DNA of 64,000 nucleotides. Source: Bacteroidota bacterium (lineage in GTDB: Bacteria; Bacteroidota; Rhodothermia; Rhodothermales; JANQRZ01). The notes under the pieces are model-generated. The model was not told the origin of the DNA and searched no databases. It saw nothing but the letters and a program-made list of their open reading frames with translations. The stretch covers positions 19,431 through 83,430 of the forward strand of contig JBCDKT010000011.1 of assembly GCA_038746285.1 (NCBI GenBank), read 5' to 3'. The position numbers and the translations under genes are program-made. Shown in pieces: positions 19,778-28,973 of the stretch. The first letter of the stretch is position 1. Every line of letters starts with the position of its first letter.

Positions 19778-21907
19778 TCAGACCATCCCGGAGCGCTTGC
19801 GGAGCACCCACTCCGCCGCGAGGAGGGCGATCACGACGGCGAGCAGCCACGCGAGGTGCCACAACTCAGTCTCGCGCTCCTCCTCGACGAGGCGCGGCCC
19901 GAAGCCGCCCGCCGCGAGGCGTGCCGGGAGCTCGTCCAGGTCGGCCGGGTCGATCACGGTGCCGCCGGAGCGGCGGGCGAGGCCGCGCATCAGGGCGGCG
20001 TCGGCCTGGGTGTCGCGGAACTCGAGCGCGAGCGCGCCGACGGCGAACGCGCCTCGGTCGGTGCCGAGGGCCGCGCCCGCGCGCTCGGCCTCGGCGCGGA
20101 ACGTGTAGTCGCCCTCGGGTAGCGTGCCCGCGTCGAGCGTGTAGCGGCCGCTCCCGACCGCGCGCATCGCGAAGGGTGAGGTGGTCCCGTCGGGGGCGGT
20201 GATGCGGACCTGGACCGAGGCGTCGGGAATGGGCGCGAGGCTTTCGTCGTAGACCTGCCCGGTGAATTGCACCGCCTCGCCCTCGCCGAAGAGCGAGCGC
20301 ACGGGGCGGACGCGGACCGGGCGGTCGTCCTCGCGGGTCGTCAGCCAGCGCAGCAGGTTCTCGACGAGGCCGGGGTAGAACCCTGCGACGGCATCGAGGT
20401 CGGCCGGGACGTTCTGCCAGCGCCAGGTCCCGGCGGCGAGGAGGGCGGCGGAGCGCGCACGACCTCGCTGCCGGACGAGGAGCATGGGGTCGCCGAGCGG
20501 AACGCCGCGCACGCGGACCGTCGCGAGGACGCGGGCGTCGGGGGCGGCGGCCCAGCGGCTGTCGCTCAGCGCGACGGGCGGGAGCCGGTCGAGGAGGCCC
20601 GGCGGAACGGCTGGGACCTGGAGGACCGGGTGGAGCGCGCCTGCCGCGGTCGGGACGAGGGCGGCCTCGGTGAACGTTGTGCGGACGACTTCAGGTATCG
20701 CTGGAAGTGCATCGCCGAAAGTAGACCGGAGCGAGGGAAGATCCGTCTGTCGTGTGAGAAGAAACAGGAGCGGGACGCCGGCCCCGGCGGCGGCGGCGAC
20801 GCGCTGCGCCGTTGCCCGGTCGGCCGCCCGCCCCGGCCACCCAGCGAGGAGGACGGCGTCGAACCCTTCGAGCGTGGGGAGGCGGCCCTCGTAGAACGTA
20901 CCCGGCGAGCGCTGGGTGCGCGGGACGACCTCAAGGTTCGGGTCGGTTGCGAGGACCTGGCGGAGCGCGGCGAGGTCGGGGCCGGGCGCGGCGGCGAGGA
21001 GCAGGACGCGGCGCCGGTTCGAGAGCACGCGCACGGCGACGGCCTCGGTGTTGTTGCCGTACGTCACCTCGCCGTCGAACCGGGTCACGGCAATCGTGTA
21101 GCGGCGGAGCCCCTCGGCTTCGGGCACGAGCGAGAGGTCGACCGTCGCCTCGACTCCGCCCTCGGGGAGCGTCACCTGCTGCGAGGCGAGACGCTCGCCG
21201 CGCTCGAAGAGCGAGACCGTCGCCCGCTCGCCGCCGAAGCCGTCGGCCCGGACGGCGACCTGCACGGGGAGTTCGACGCCGGCGTAGGCGATCTCGTTGG
21301 TCGTCACGCGGGCAACCAGCACGTCGCGCTGCTGCGTCGTGTCGCCGACGGTGGCGGTGTAGATCGGCACGTCGTAGCGCTCGGCGAGGTAGAGCGGGTT
21401 GCGGCCGGTGTTGTAGCGCCCGTCCGAGATCAACAGCACGCCGCCGAGGTTCTGCCCGTCGAGGTCGGCCTCGACCCGGCTGAGCGCCCCGGCGATGTCA
21501 GTCCGCACGCCGTCGAACCGGAGCGAGTCGCGGGCGTCGAGCGGCGAAGCTTCCGCGTCGAAGCTGTAGACACGCGTCTCGCCGTCCACGTCGGGAATCC
21601 GGCGGAGGGCGTCGCGGGCCGTCGCGGCTCCGTCGCCCGCGCCGTCCTCGCGGCCGAGGCTCTGGCTGCCGTCGACGAGCACGGCCAGCACCGGCGGCTC
21701 CTCGGTCGCCTCGACCTGCCGGAGCACGGGTTCGAAGAGCAGCAGGAGAACGACGAAGAGCGCGGCCCCGCGCAGCGCCATCAGCACGGCCCGGCGGCCC
21801 GGCGCGAGGCGCGGCACGCTCCGCCCGTAGGTCCACCACGTCAGCCCCGCTGCCGCGAACAGGCAGGCGACGAGCAGCAGAGGGGAGTAGCCGAGCGAGA
21901 GGTCCAT
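19778..21907 (-). CDS. Membrane protein with N-terminal double-TM anchor and vWA-like / large extracytoplasmic region (Bat-like)
   Basis: N-terminus SPLLLVACLFAAAGLTWWTY...RRAVLMALRGAALFVVLLLLFEP resembles the TIGR02226 double-TM anchor. VLAVLVDGSQSL is a vWA MIDAS-like start. There is a C-terminal TM. Confidence 0.55.
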   Translation of the reverse strand: MDLSLGYSPLLLVACLFAAAGLTWWTYGRSVPRLAPGRRAVLMALRGAALFVVLLLLFEPVLRQVEATEEPPVLAVLVDGSQSLGREDGAGDGAATARDALRRIPDVDGETRVYSFDAEASPLDARDSLRFDGVRTDIAGALSRVEADLDGQNLGGVLLISDGRYNTGRNPLYLAERYDVPIYTATVGDTTQQRDVLVARVTTNEIAYAGVELPVQVAVRADGFGGERATVSLFERGERLASQQVTLPEGGVEATVDLSLVPEAEGLRRYTIAVTRFDGEVTYGNNTEAVAVRVLSNRRRVLLLAAAPGPDLAALRQVLATDPNLEVVPRTQRSPGTFYEGRLPTLEGFDAVLLAGWPGRAADRATAQRVAAAAGAGVPLLFLLTRQTDLPSLRSTFGDALPAIPEVVRTTFTEAALVPTAAGALHPVLQVPAVPPGLLDRLPPVALSDSRWAAAPDARVLATVRVRGVPLGDPMLLVRQRGRARSAALLAAGTWRWQNVPADLDAVAGFYPGLVENLLRWLTTREDDRPVRVRPVRSLFGEGEAVQFTGQVYDESLAPIPDASVQVRITAPDGTTSPFAMRAVGSGRYTLDAGTLPEGDYTFRAEAERAGAALGTDRGAFAVGALALEFRDTQADAALMRGLARRSGGTVIDPADLDELPARLAAGGFGPRLVEEERETELWHLAWLLAVVIALLAAEWVLRKRSGMV

Positions 21908-22051
21908 GCAGGAGGTAGGCGGGAGCGAACGGAAGCGAGCAAGATAGGGCGACGGTGCATCGAGACCTTTGGTTTCTACCTGCTCGGTCCGTGCACTGCA
22001 GCTCCGGCATGAACGGCACCCCGGCCGCGCTCATTGCCCGGCGTGCCGGCC

Positions 22052-23005
22052 TCAGACGCGTCCGAGCGCGGTAAGGACGAGGTAGGCCATGTAGCCGACG
22101 AACGCGGTCAGGAGTAGCACGCCGTGCCACCGCTCCAGACGGTGCTTGAACCAGGCCAGCAGGATCAGCGCGCCGAACCCGATCATGACCGGGAAGTGGA
22201 TCCGCAGCGCCTCGGCCTCCACGCTCAGCGGCCGCACGAACGCTACGGTCCCGACCACGAACAGCACGTTGAGCAGGTTCGAGCCGATCACGTTGCCCAC
22301 GGCGAGATCGGTCTCGCTGCGGAAGACGCCGACGATGGACGCCGCCAGCTCCGGCAGGCTCGTGCCCACCGCCACGATCGTCAGCCCGACGATCACGGGG
22401 TCGATCCCGAAGATCTCGGCAATCGCCACGGCCGAGGTCACCATCAGGTTCGCCCCGGCGGCCAGCCCGACGATGCCGCCGGCTAGCAAGAGCACCTTCT
22501 TCCAGAGCGGCATCGTCAGCTCGGGCGACGCCGTCACCTGGCCGTCCCCGACGCTTCGGCGCCGCACATCGCGCACGAGGTAGCCCAGGAACCCCACCAG
22601 CCCGGCGATCAGGAGGACGCCGTCGAAGCGGCCTATGGTCTCGTTGAGCGCCAGCAGGTAGAACACGACGAGGACGCCGAGCATGATCGGGTACTCCCGC
22701 CTGAGCGTCGAGGGAGCCACGGCGAGCGGGACGAGCACGGCGCTCGTGCCGAGGATCAGCCCGACGTTGGCGATGTTCGAGCCGATGATGTTGCCGAGCG
22801 CGAGGCCGTCGTTGCCGCCGAGGGCGGCGATGAAGTTCGTCATGAACTCCGGCAGGCTCGTCCCCAGCGCCACCACCGTCAGCCCGACCACGAGCGGCGG
22901 AATCCCGAACCCGACCGCGAGGCTCGACGCTCCTCTGATGAGCCACTCCGCCCCGAAGTAGAGAATCACCAGCCCCAGCAGCAGCACGCCGACGTGAACG
23001 AGCAT
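22052..23005 (-). CDS. CaCA family Na+/Ca2+ exchanger (YrbG-like)
   Basis: Two alpha-repeats: GTSLPEFMTNF...GNIIGSNIANV and GTSLPELAASI...GNVIGSNLLNV. The start is taken at ATG 23005 (MLVHVGVLLL). The upstream part of ORF 22052..23386 is Arg-rich junk. Confidence 0.85.
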   Translation of the reverse strand: MLVHVGVLLLGLVILYFGAEWLIRGASSLAVGFGIPPLVVGLTVVALGTSLPEFMTNFIAALGGNDGLALGNIIGSNIANVGLILGTSAVLVPLAVAPSTLRREYPIMLGVLVVFYLLALNETIGRFDGVLLIAGLVGFLGYLVRDVRRRSVGDGQVTASPELTMPLWKKVLLLAGGIVGLAAGANLMVTSAVAIAEIFGIDPVIVGLTIVAVGTSLPELAASIVGVFRSETDLAVGNVIGSNLLNVLFVVGTVAFVRPLSVEAEALRIHFPVMIGFGALILLAWFKHRLERWHGVLLLTAFVGYMAYLVLTALGRV

Positions 23006-23070
23006 GTGGAGAAGGGCGAGGGTGGGATGAGAGATAGGCGGGCGCTCATACGGGCAGCCCCCGGGGCTGT

Positions 23071-23886
23071 TCACAGCCGCAGCGTGTCGCCGGTGAAGAA
23101 GTCCGGGAGAAGCGCCTCGGGCGTGGTCGTCTCGGGCACCGCCTCGCCCCGGTCCATGACGACCGGAACGCCGGGAAGGTACTCCACCAGCAGTTGCCGG
23201 CACGCGCCGCACGGCGTCCCCGCCGGGTCGGCGGGACAGGAGAGATAGGCGCGCCGAACCGGACCGGTGCCGTAGGCCGCGGCGGTGGCGACGGCCGTGC
23301 GCTCGGCGCAGAGGCCGCGCGTCCAGTCGGCGTGCTCCACGTTGCAGCCGGGCACGAGGAGGCCACCCTCGGTCGCCAGCACGCACCCGACCCGGAAGCC
23401 CGACGCCGGGACGTGGGCCCGCTCCGCCACCTGCCGAGCGAGCGCGATGCCCGTGGCGTCGTTCTCCGGCACCGCCGCATCGAGGAACGGCACCCAGCGC
23501 GCTCCTACCTCCGGCAACGGCTCCGACCCGAACACGACCGCATCAGGTTCTTCGACGGCAACGTCCAGCCCGAGTCCAGAAGCCAGCCACGCCGCGCCGC
23601 CGGCCTCGAACGGCTGCGAGAGCGCCGCCGCTCGCACGTCGCGCCGCTGCCCGGCCGTCGCCGTCACGTAGGCCCCGAGCAGCGCCGGGATCGTCAGCGG
23701 GTAGGAGGCGCTCTCGACCCGGGCCCCCGGCACCCACAGCCCGTCCGAAAGAAGCAGCGCTGCCCCGACGGGACGTGTGGAGTACGGCACCCGGGCGGCC
23801 TCCGACGCCTCGCGGACGCAGCCGCGCAGCGCAGCGAGGGCGGAGGCAGAGTCGTCGGGTGCGTTCATGCCCGGCGAAGATACCAT
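23071..23886 (-). CDS. cdd: Cytidine deaminase, two-domain form (active CDA domain C-terminal)
   Basis: The C-terminal half has CAERTAVATAAA and PCGACRQLL zinc motifs. The N-terminal half is CDA-like but lacks them. The start may instead be 23868. Confidence 0.75.
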   Translation of the reverse strand: MVSSPGMNAPDDSASALAALRGCVREASEAARVPYSTRPVGAALLLSDGLWVPGARVESASYPLTIPALLGAYVTATAGQRRDVRAAALSQPFEAGGAAWLASGLGLDVAVEEPDAVVFGSEPLPEVGARWVPFLDAAVPENDATGIALARQVAERAHVPASGFRVGCVLATEGGLLVPGCNVEHADWTRGLCAERTAVATAAAYGTGPVRRAYLSCPADPAGTPCGACRQLLVEYLPGVPVVMDRGEAVPETTTPEALLPDFFTGDTLRL

Positions 23887-23944
23887 CCGCCGCGCTCACG
23901 GGACGCCGCTGAGTTGCGCCGAAGAACCGGGCAGGGGTAGGTTG

Positions 23945-24030
23945 CGGAGCCCCTGCCGGGGTGGTGAAATTGGTAAACACAGCAGACTTAAAATCTGCCG
24001 GTCCGTACGGGCCTTGCGGGTTCAAGTCCC
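23945..24030 (+). tRNA. tRNA-Leu (anticodon UAA), 86 nt, CCA not encoded
   Basis: Acceptor stem GCCGGGG/CCTCGGC, D-arm GGTGAAATTGGTAAACAC, anticodon stem-loop GCAGA-CTTAAAA-TCTGC, long variable arm, and T-arm GCGGGTTCAAGTCCCGC. Confidence 0.93.
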
Positions 24031-24073
24031 GCCCTCGGCACTCGTTTTCTCGCTTGCATCTCGATCCTCCGCT

Positions 24074-25450
24074 ATGCCCGCCCAGACCGTAGACGACGCC
24101 TACATCGCCGTCAAGCCCGACGAGCCGCTCCAGGCGGGCGATGCCTACTACGAGGACTTCGCCGTGTGGCGCGGAGACGAGTCCGTCAGCGACCTCATCG
24201 CGCGGATGATCCGCCGGTCTAACCGGGCAACCCCCGTCGACCACGTCAAGCAACTCTTCACCGGGCACCGGGGGTGCGGAAAGTCGTCCGAGCTGCTCCG
24301 GCTGAAAGCGAGGCTCGAAGAGCAGGGCTTCTTTGTCGCCTACCTCGACTCGACCTTTGCCCTCGACGTGAGCGACGTCAGCTACACCGACGTGCTCATC
24401 GCCCTCGTCCTCGCCGTAGCGCAGGCGGCAGACGAAGCCGCCGATCTCGATCTCGACGTGCCGGACGGGATCGTGGAGGGCCTCAACCGTCGTCTTGGAG
24501 CGTGGGTGCTCGAAGACACCGTGACGCGCGGGGGAGAAACAGAGGTGGAAGCGGAGGCGAAGCTCGGCGGCGGGATTCCCGGCTTGCTCAAGCTCGCCCT
24601 CGGCTTGCAGTCTACCCTCAAGGCCGGGGCGGAGAAGAAGCAGACCCTCCGCACCACCATCGACCAGGGCGTCACCGCTTTCCTGGACGACCTCAACATC
24701 ATCATCGACGACCTCCAGATCCAACTGAGAGACCGGGGCAAAGAGGGCCTCGTCCTCATCATGGATAGCCTCGACCGCATCGTGCTCAAGACGCACGCCG
24801 ACGGGCGCGGGAACACGCACACTGACCTCTTCATCGACCACGCCTACCACCTCAAAGCGCCCCGCTGCCACGTCGTCTACACCGTCCCCATCTCGATCTG
24901 CTTCGAGCGGAACCTGCTCCCGCTCTACGACCGGCCGCGCATCCTCCCGATGGTGAAGGTCCGGGAGCGGCAGCCGGGCCAGGAGGAGGGCGACCCGTGC
25001 GAGGGAGCCCTCAGCGCAATGACTGAGGCCGTAGCGCGGCGGATGGACCTCGGCCTCTTCGAAGACCCGGACGACGTGCGGCGGCTCTGCCAGGCCTCGG
25101 GCGGCCACATCCGCGACCTGATGCATCTTCTCCGGGACGCCTGTAACTACAGCGAGGAGCAAATCACGCCCCGCACCGTAGACCGAGCGATCCAGGGACT
25201 TACCAACATCTACGACCTCCTCGTCCGGGACGCCGACCTCCCCAAGCTGGTCCAGGTCCACCGCGAGAAGCGGCTCCCCGCCGACCCCGAGTACGCGCGG
25301 CTCCCGTACCACCTCCTCGTGCTCCAGTACAAGAACGGCGAGCAGTGGGCCGACGTGCACCCCGCCGTCCTGCGGATGTCCAAGTTCCGCCGAGCACTCG
25401 ACGCGGTAGACGACGAGACCGATCCCGATGGCCGACCCGACGCCGACTGA
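24074..25450 (+). CDS. P-loop NTPase with long insert between Walker A and B (KAP/STAND-like), 459 aa
   Basis: Walker A GHRGCGKS (aa 64-71) and Walker-B-like LVLIMD (aa 226-231). I chose the internal ATG 24074 because the ORF 23777..25450 reads through the tRNA. Confidence 0.75.
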   Translation: MPAQTVDDAYIAVKPDEPLQAGDAYYEDFAVWRGDESVSDLIARMIRRSNRATPVDHVKQLFTGHRGCGKSSELLRLKARLEEQGFFVAYLDSTFALDVSDVSYTDVLIALVLAVAQAADEAADLDLDVPDGIVEGLNRRLGAWVLEDTVTRGGETEVEAEAKLGGGIPGLLKLALGLQSTLKAGAEKKQTLRTTIDQGVTAFLDDLNIIIDDLQIQLRDRGKEGLVLIMDSLDRIVLKTHADGRGNTHTDLFIDHAYHLKAPRCHVVYTVPISICFERNLLPLYDRPRILPMVKVRERQPGQEEGDPCEGALSAMTEAVARRMDLGLFEDPDDVRRLCQASGGHIRDLMHLLRDACNYSEEQITPRTVDRAIQGLTNIYDLLVRDADLPKLVQVHREKRLPADPEYARLPYHLLVLQYKNGEQWADVHPAVLRMSKFRRALDAVDDETDPDGRPDAD

Positions 25451-27059
25451 CCAGGCTCCGCTTACCGAGGAAGACCAGGAGCAACGCCGAGCGCTCACGC
25501 GGGCGCTCCGGTGGTCCGACGGGTTCGCGCTCCTCTTCGCCCGCGTCAACGTCCCACGCCGGCGCAACATCCTCGCCGAGCGCCTCAAGCAGGAGGTAGC
25601 GGACGAGATCCGCGTCCTAGAGATGCGGCTGACCGAGCCGGTGGCCGACCTCGCTTACCGGATCGCCGAGCGGCTGCGGGAGGACGCCGAGGCAGGCGGC
25701 GATGGGGAAGCGGTGCGGCGGGCGGTCTTCGTCTACGGGCTGGAGCACAGCCTGCCCTCTGGCGGCGAGCCGATAGGCACTCGCCGCCACGCCCCGCTCG
25801 CCGTGCTCAACTTCAAGCGCGAACTGCTCAAAGAGACCGCCCCCGTCCCCATTGTGGTCTGGCTCCCCGAGTTCGCCCTCCGCACGCTCATGGAGGGCGC
25901 TCCCGACCTCTGGGCCTGGCGCGGCGGCCTCTTCGCCTTCTCCACACCCCGGGCTGAGACAGAGCAGACGTGGGACACGCTGCGCGACCAGGGTTGGTTG
26001 GGAGAATACGACGGGATGACTCTCGCCGAGCGCCGGGAGCGCGCTGCCACCCTCACCGCTCTGCTGGACGAATACGACGCCCGTCCTGATGCTGCCGAGC
26101 CGGAGATAGAGGATATCCGTCTCAGCCTGACTGATCGGCTCGCACGACTTCGCAACCGGCTAGGGGACTACGCGGGAGCCGAGCCGCTCTACCGCCGAGC
26201 GCTCGAAGTGCGCGAGCGGGTGCTGGGACCCGAACATCCTGATACCATTGCTTCAGTCAACGGTCTCGGTTTTCTCCTCCGAGCGAAAGGCGACTATGCT
26301 GGAGCCGAGCCTCTTTGTCGCAGAGCACTAGAAGTGCGCGAACGGACACTTGGGCCAGAACACCCCGACACGCTCACCTCGGTCAGCCACCTCGGGATTC
26401 TCCTTCGGTCACAAGGTGACTACGCCAGAGCTGAGCCCTTCTATCGCCGGGCCCTCAGCGGGCGTGAGCGTGTCTTGGGCGCAGATCATCTAGCCACTCT
26501 CGTGGCAGTCAATAACCTCGCTTTCCTCCTCCGAGTTCAAGGTAGCTCTTCCGAGGCAGAGTCTCTCTACCGTCGGGCCCTCGAAGCTCGTGAGCGCGTG
26601 CTCGGCCCTGATCATCCTAGCACTCTTGTCTCAGTAGATGGCCTTGGGGTGCTCCTTCGAGAGCAAGGCGACTATACCGAGGCCGAGCCACTCTTGCGAC
26701 GAGCACTCATCGAGCGGAGGCGCGTGCTTGGTCTACAGCATCCTCGCACCCTTTCTTCAACTAGCAATCTCGGTCTCCTTTTGCGGCTGCAAGGTGACTA
26801 TGTCGGAGCCGAGCCGCTCTACCGGCAGGCCCTCGAAGGGCGCAAACGTGTACTCGGTCTGGAGCATCCCGCTACCCTCTTGTCCGTGAGCAACCTCGGG
26901 CTTCTCCAGGAAGACCTCGGAAATTACCCCAAGGCGGAATCGCTCTACCGCCACGCTCTCGAAGCTCAGGAGAGAGTGCTTGGCCCAGAGCACCCCAGTA
27001 CGAAAGTCACCCGCAGCAATCTCTCGACGTTACTGAAAGAGAAGGGAGAGCAGGGATAA
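25428..27059 (+). CDS. TPR protein: unknown ~230-aa N-terminal domain + ~7 kinesin-light-chain-type 42-aa TPR units
   Basis: It contains repeated GDYxxAEPLYRRALExRERVLGPEHPxTLxSVxxLGxLL units (126-bp period from about 26160). It overlaps the upstream NTPase gene by 23 nt. Confidence 0.85.
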   Translation: MADPTPTDQAPLTEEDQEQRRALTRALRWSDGFALLFARVNVPRRRNILAERLKQEVADEIRVLEMRLTEPVADLAYRIAERLREDAEAGGDGEAVRRAVFVYGLEHSLPSGGEPIGTRRHAPLAVLNFKRELLKETAPVPIVVWLPEFALRTLMEGAPDLWAWRGGLFAFSTPRAETEQTWDTLRDQGWLGEYDGMTLAERRERAATLTALLDEYDARPDAAEPEIEDIRLSLTDRLARLRNRLGDYAGAEPLYRRALEVRERVLGPEHPDTIASVNGLGFLLRAKGDYAGAEPLCRRALEVRERTLGPEHPDTLTSVSHLGILLRSQGDYARAEPFYRRALSGRERVLGADHLATLVAVNNLAFLLRVQGSSSEAESLYRRALEARERVLGPDHPSTLVSVDGLGVLLREQGDYTEAEPLLRRALIERRRVLGLQHPRTLSSTSNLGLLLRLQGDYVGAEPLYRQALEGRKRVLGLEHPATLLSVSNLGLLQEDLGNYPKAESLYRHALEAQERVLGPEHPSTKVTRSNLSTLLKEKGEQG

Positions 27060-27083
27060 GGCTGAGGCGTTGGGAACCGAACG

Positions 27084-27254
27084 TCAGTTCATCTGCCCGT
27101 CGAAGAGATCGGTGTAGAGGTCGTCGTTGGCGACGCTCAGGTCGATGGGGTTGTCACCCGCGCCGGGGCGGGCGAGGAAAAGGAGCGCGAGGGGCGAAGC
27201 AACCGCGGCTACGGCGACCCAGAGGACGCGCTGCGAAAGAGAAAGTCGAGTCAT
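27084..27254 (-). CDS. Possible small signal-anchored protein (56 aa)
   Basis: MTRLSLSQRVLWVAVAAVASPLALLFLARPGAGDNPIDL... The support is only an ORF plus a signal-like N-terminus. Confidence 0.25.
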   Translation of the reverse strand: MTRLSLSQRVLWVAVAAVASPLALLFLARPGAGDNPIDLSVANDDLYTDLFDGQMN

Positions 27255-27439
27255 GAGAGTAGGAGCAGGGTGGAGGATAATGGATACCGTTACGTCGGTG
27301 TGCGGCATGAAATGACGCAAGGCGGCATGAGTTCGATGAACAGTGTTAAGTATCCGTGCGCTTTTCCTGCCGCTCACCGTTGCGTTCCTCGCCCGGCACT
27401 GCTATTCTTAGGCCATCCCTTTCCACTGTCCTCACGCTC

Positions 27440-27877
27440 ATGGCCGCTCCTCAGTACTGGACCCCCGAATTCGTCGAAGCCTTCGTCGAAGCCCTCAACA
27501 CCGACGCCGGCTTCCAGAAGGCCGCCGGCTCGTTCTCCGACACGATCGTGCTGCGCTGCCTGGACCACCCGAGCGGCGAGGACGTCGAGGCCGCCTACAC
27601 GTTTGAGGACGGCGAGGTGACCGACGTGTCGCTCTGGATGGAAGACGCTGGCGACCCCGACTTCCGCGACGACCCGTTCGACAAGTCCGCCGCGCTCGCC
27701 CGCGCCACGGCGCCGTACCCGGTCTGGGTCGCGCTCGACAAGGGCGAGATGAACCCGCTCGCCGCGCTCACCTCGCCCGACTACCAGATCGAAGGTCCGA
27801 AGCTGAAGATCATGGCCAACATGGGCGTCCTGAACGGCATGGGCGACGTCGCCTCGGGCGTCGAGAAGACGTACTGA
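27440..27877 (+). CDS. SCP2 sterol-carrier-like domain protein
   Basis: WTPEFVEAFVEALNTDAGFQKAAGSFSDTIVL...GEMNPLAALTSPDYQIEGPKLKIMANMGVLN is the SCP2-type pattern. I chose internal ATG 27440. Confidence 0.65.
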   Translation: MAAPQYWTPEFVEAFVEALNTDAGFQKAAGSFSDTIVLRCLDHPSGEDVEAAYTFEDGEVTDVSLWMEDAGDPDFRDDPFDKSAALARATAPYPVWVALDKGEMNPLAALTSPDYQIEGPKLKIMANMGVLNGMGDVASGVEKTY

Positions 27878-28008
27878 CCCGTGAAGCGTGATGCGTGAGG
27901 GTGCCGCCACTGACGGCTCGAAGCGCTCTCGCGGCTCACGTTTCACACCTCGGCGGGTCCAACGCCGACGGCTATCTCCATTCCTCTCCTCATCCAACCG
28001 CACCTCCC

Positions 28009-28875
28009 ATGGCCAAGAAGAAAGTCACCATCGTCACCAAGAAGAAAAAGAGCAAAGCGGCCGGGGCCGCCGACGCGTCCAGCCCGAAGGCGGGCACCAG
28101 GAAAACGACTGCCAAGAAGGCCGCCCCGAAGAAGTCCGACGGTCTGCTCGGTGTGCTGCCGAGCCTGCCCAGCCTTCCTGACCTGCTCGACTTCCCGGCG
28201 GGCGTCGCCGACACCGCCCGAGAGGTCTGGATGGCGGGCATCGGCGCGCTCTCGACCGTCGAGGAGATGGGGGCCGAGATGTTTCAGTCGCTCGTGCAGA
28301 AGGGCGAGTACTGGGAGCAGGAGAGCCGGAAGAAGCTGACCGCGGCGTCGAAGACCGCCAGCGACGCCGCCCAGGGCGCGAAGGTGGCGGCGGGGAGCCT
28401 GAGCAAGAAGCCCATCGAGTGGACGAGCGCCGCCGAGACCCAGATCCAGCGCGTGGTCGAGGACTCCATCGAAGGCGTTCTGCACCGCCTCAATGTCCCG
28501 ACCCACGACGAGGTGCAGGACCTCATCGGGCGCGTCGCGGCGCTCTCCGGCAAGGTGGACGCGCTCACCCAGCAGCGCGCCGCGGCCGAGCCGAAGCAGC
28601 CGTCCGCGTCGAAGGCCGATAAGAAGACCTCGCCGGAGAGTGCGTCTTCGAAGCGAAGCGCCCCCAGCGTGCCGGTCTACCACGTTGCCCCGCACGACGA
28701 GGGGTGGGCCGTCGAGAAGGAGGGGAGCAGCCGCGCCACGAGCGTGCACGGGACGAAGGCTGAGGCCGTCAAGGCCGGGCGCGAGCGCGCCAAGTCGGGC
28801 CAGACGGGTCGCCTCGTTCTCCACCGCCAGGACGGGACGATCCAGGACACGTTCAGCTACGGCGAGGACGGCTAG
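28009..28875 (+). CDS. Phasin-like (PHA-granule-associated protein family) with Lys-rich histone-like N-tail and C-terminal DUF2188
   Basis: Three parts: the tail MAKKKVTIVTKKKKSKAAG...AKKAAPKK, the phasin core REVWMAGIGALSTVEEMGAEMFQSLVQKGEYWEQESRKKL, and the C-terminal YHVAPHDEGWAVEKEGSSRATSVHGTKAEAVKAGRERAK...LVLHRQDGTIQDTFSYGEDG (DUF2188 pattern). Confidence 0.7.
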   Translation: MAKKKVTIVTKKKKSKAAGAADASSPKAGTRKTTAKKAAPKKSDGLLGVLPSLPSLPDLLDFPAGVADTAREVWMAGIGALSTVEEMGAEMFQSLVQKGEYWEQESRKKLTAASKTASDAAQGAKVAAGSLSKKPIEWTSAAETQIQRVVEDSIEGVLHRLNVPTHDEVQDLIGRVAALSGKVDALTQQRAAAEPKQPSASKADKKTSPESASSKRSAPSVPVYHVAPHDEGWAVEKEGSSRATSVHGTKAEAVKAGRERAKSGQTGRLVLHRQDGTIQDTFSYGEDG

Positions 28876-28973
28876 CACGCTTAGCACCAGCGCCTGTCCT
28901 CCCACTCCACCCATTCTCCCCACGCCATACATCCCTCCCGACCCTCCCCGCTCTCCACGCCGAGAGCATCTCC

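Noticed and set aside
23945-27400. A classical tRNA-integrated genomic island with a direct repeat of the tRNA-Leu 3' end marking its far boundary.
   Set aside because: By eye I found no second copy of the tRNA 3' segment (GGTTCAAGTCCCGCCCTCGGCA) downstream, and there is no integrase next to the tRNA. Only the weaker statement of a tRNA-adjacent, lower-GC locus is retained.
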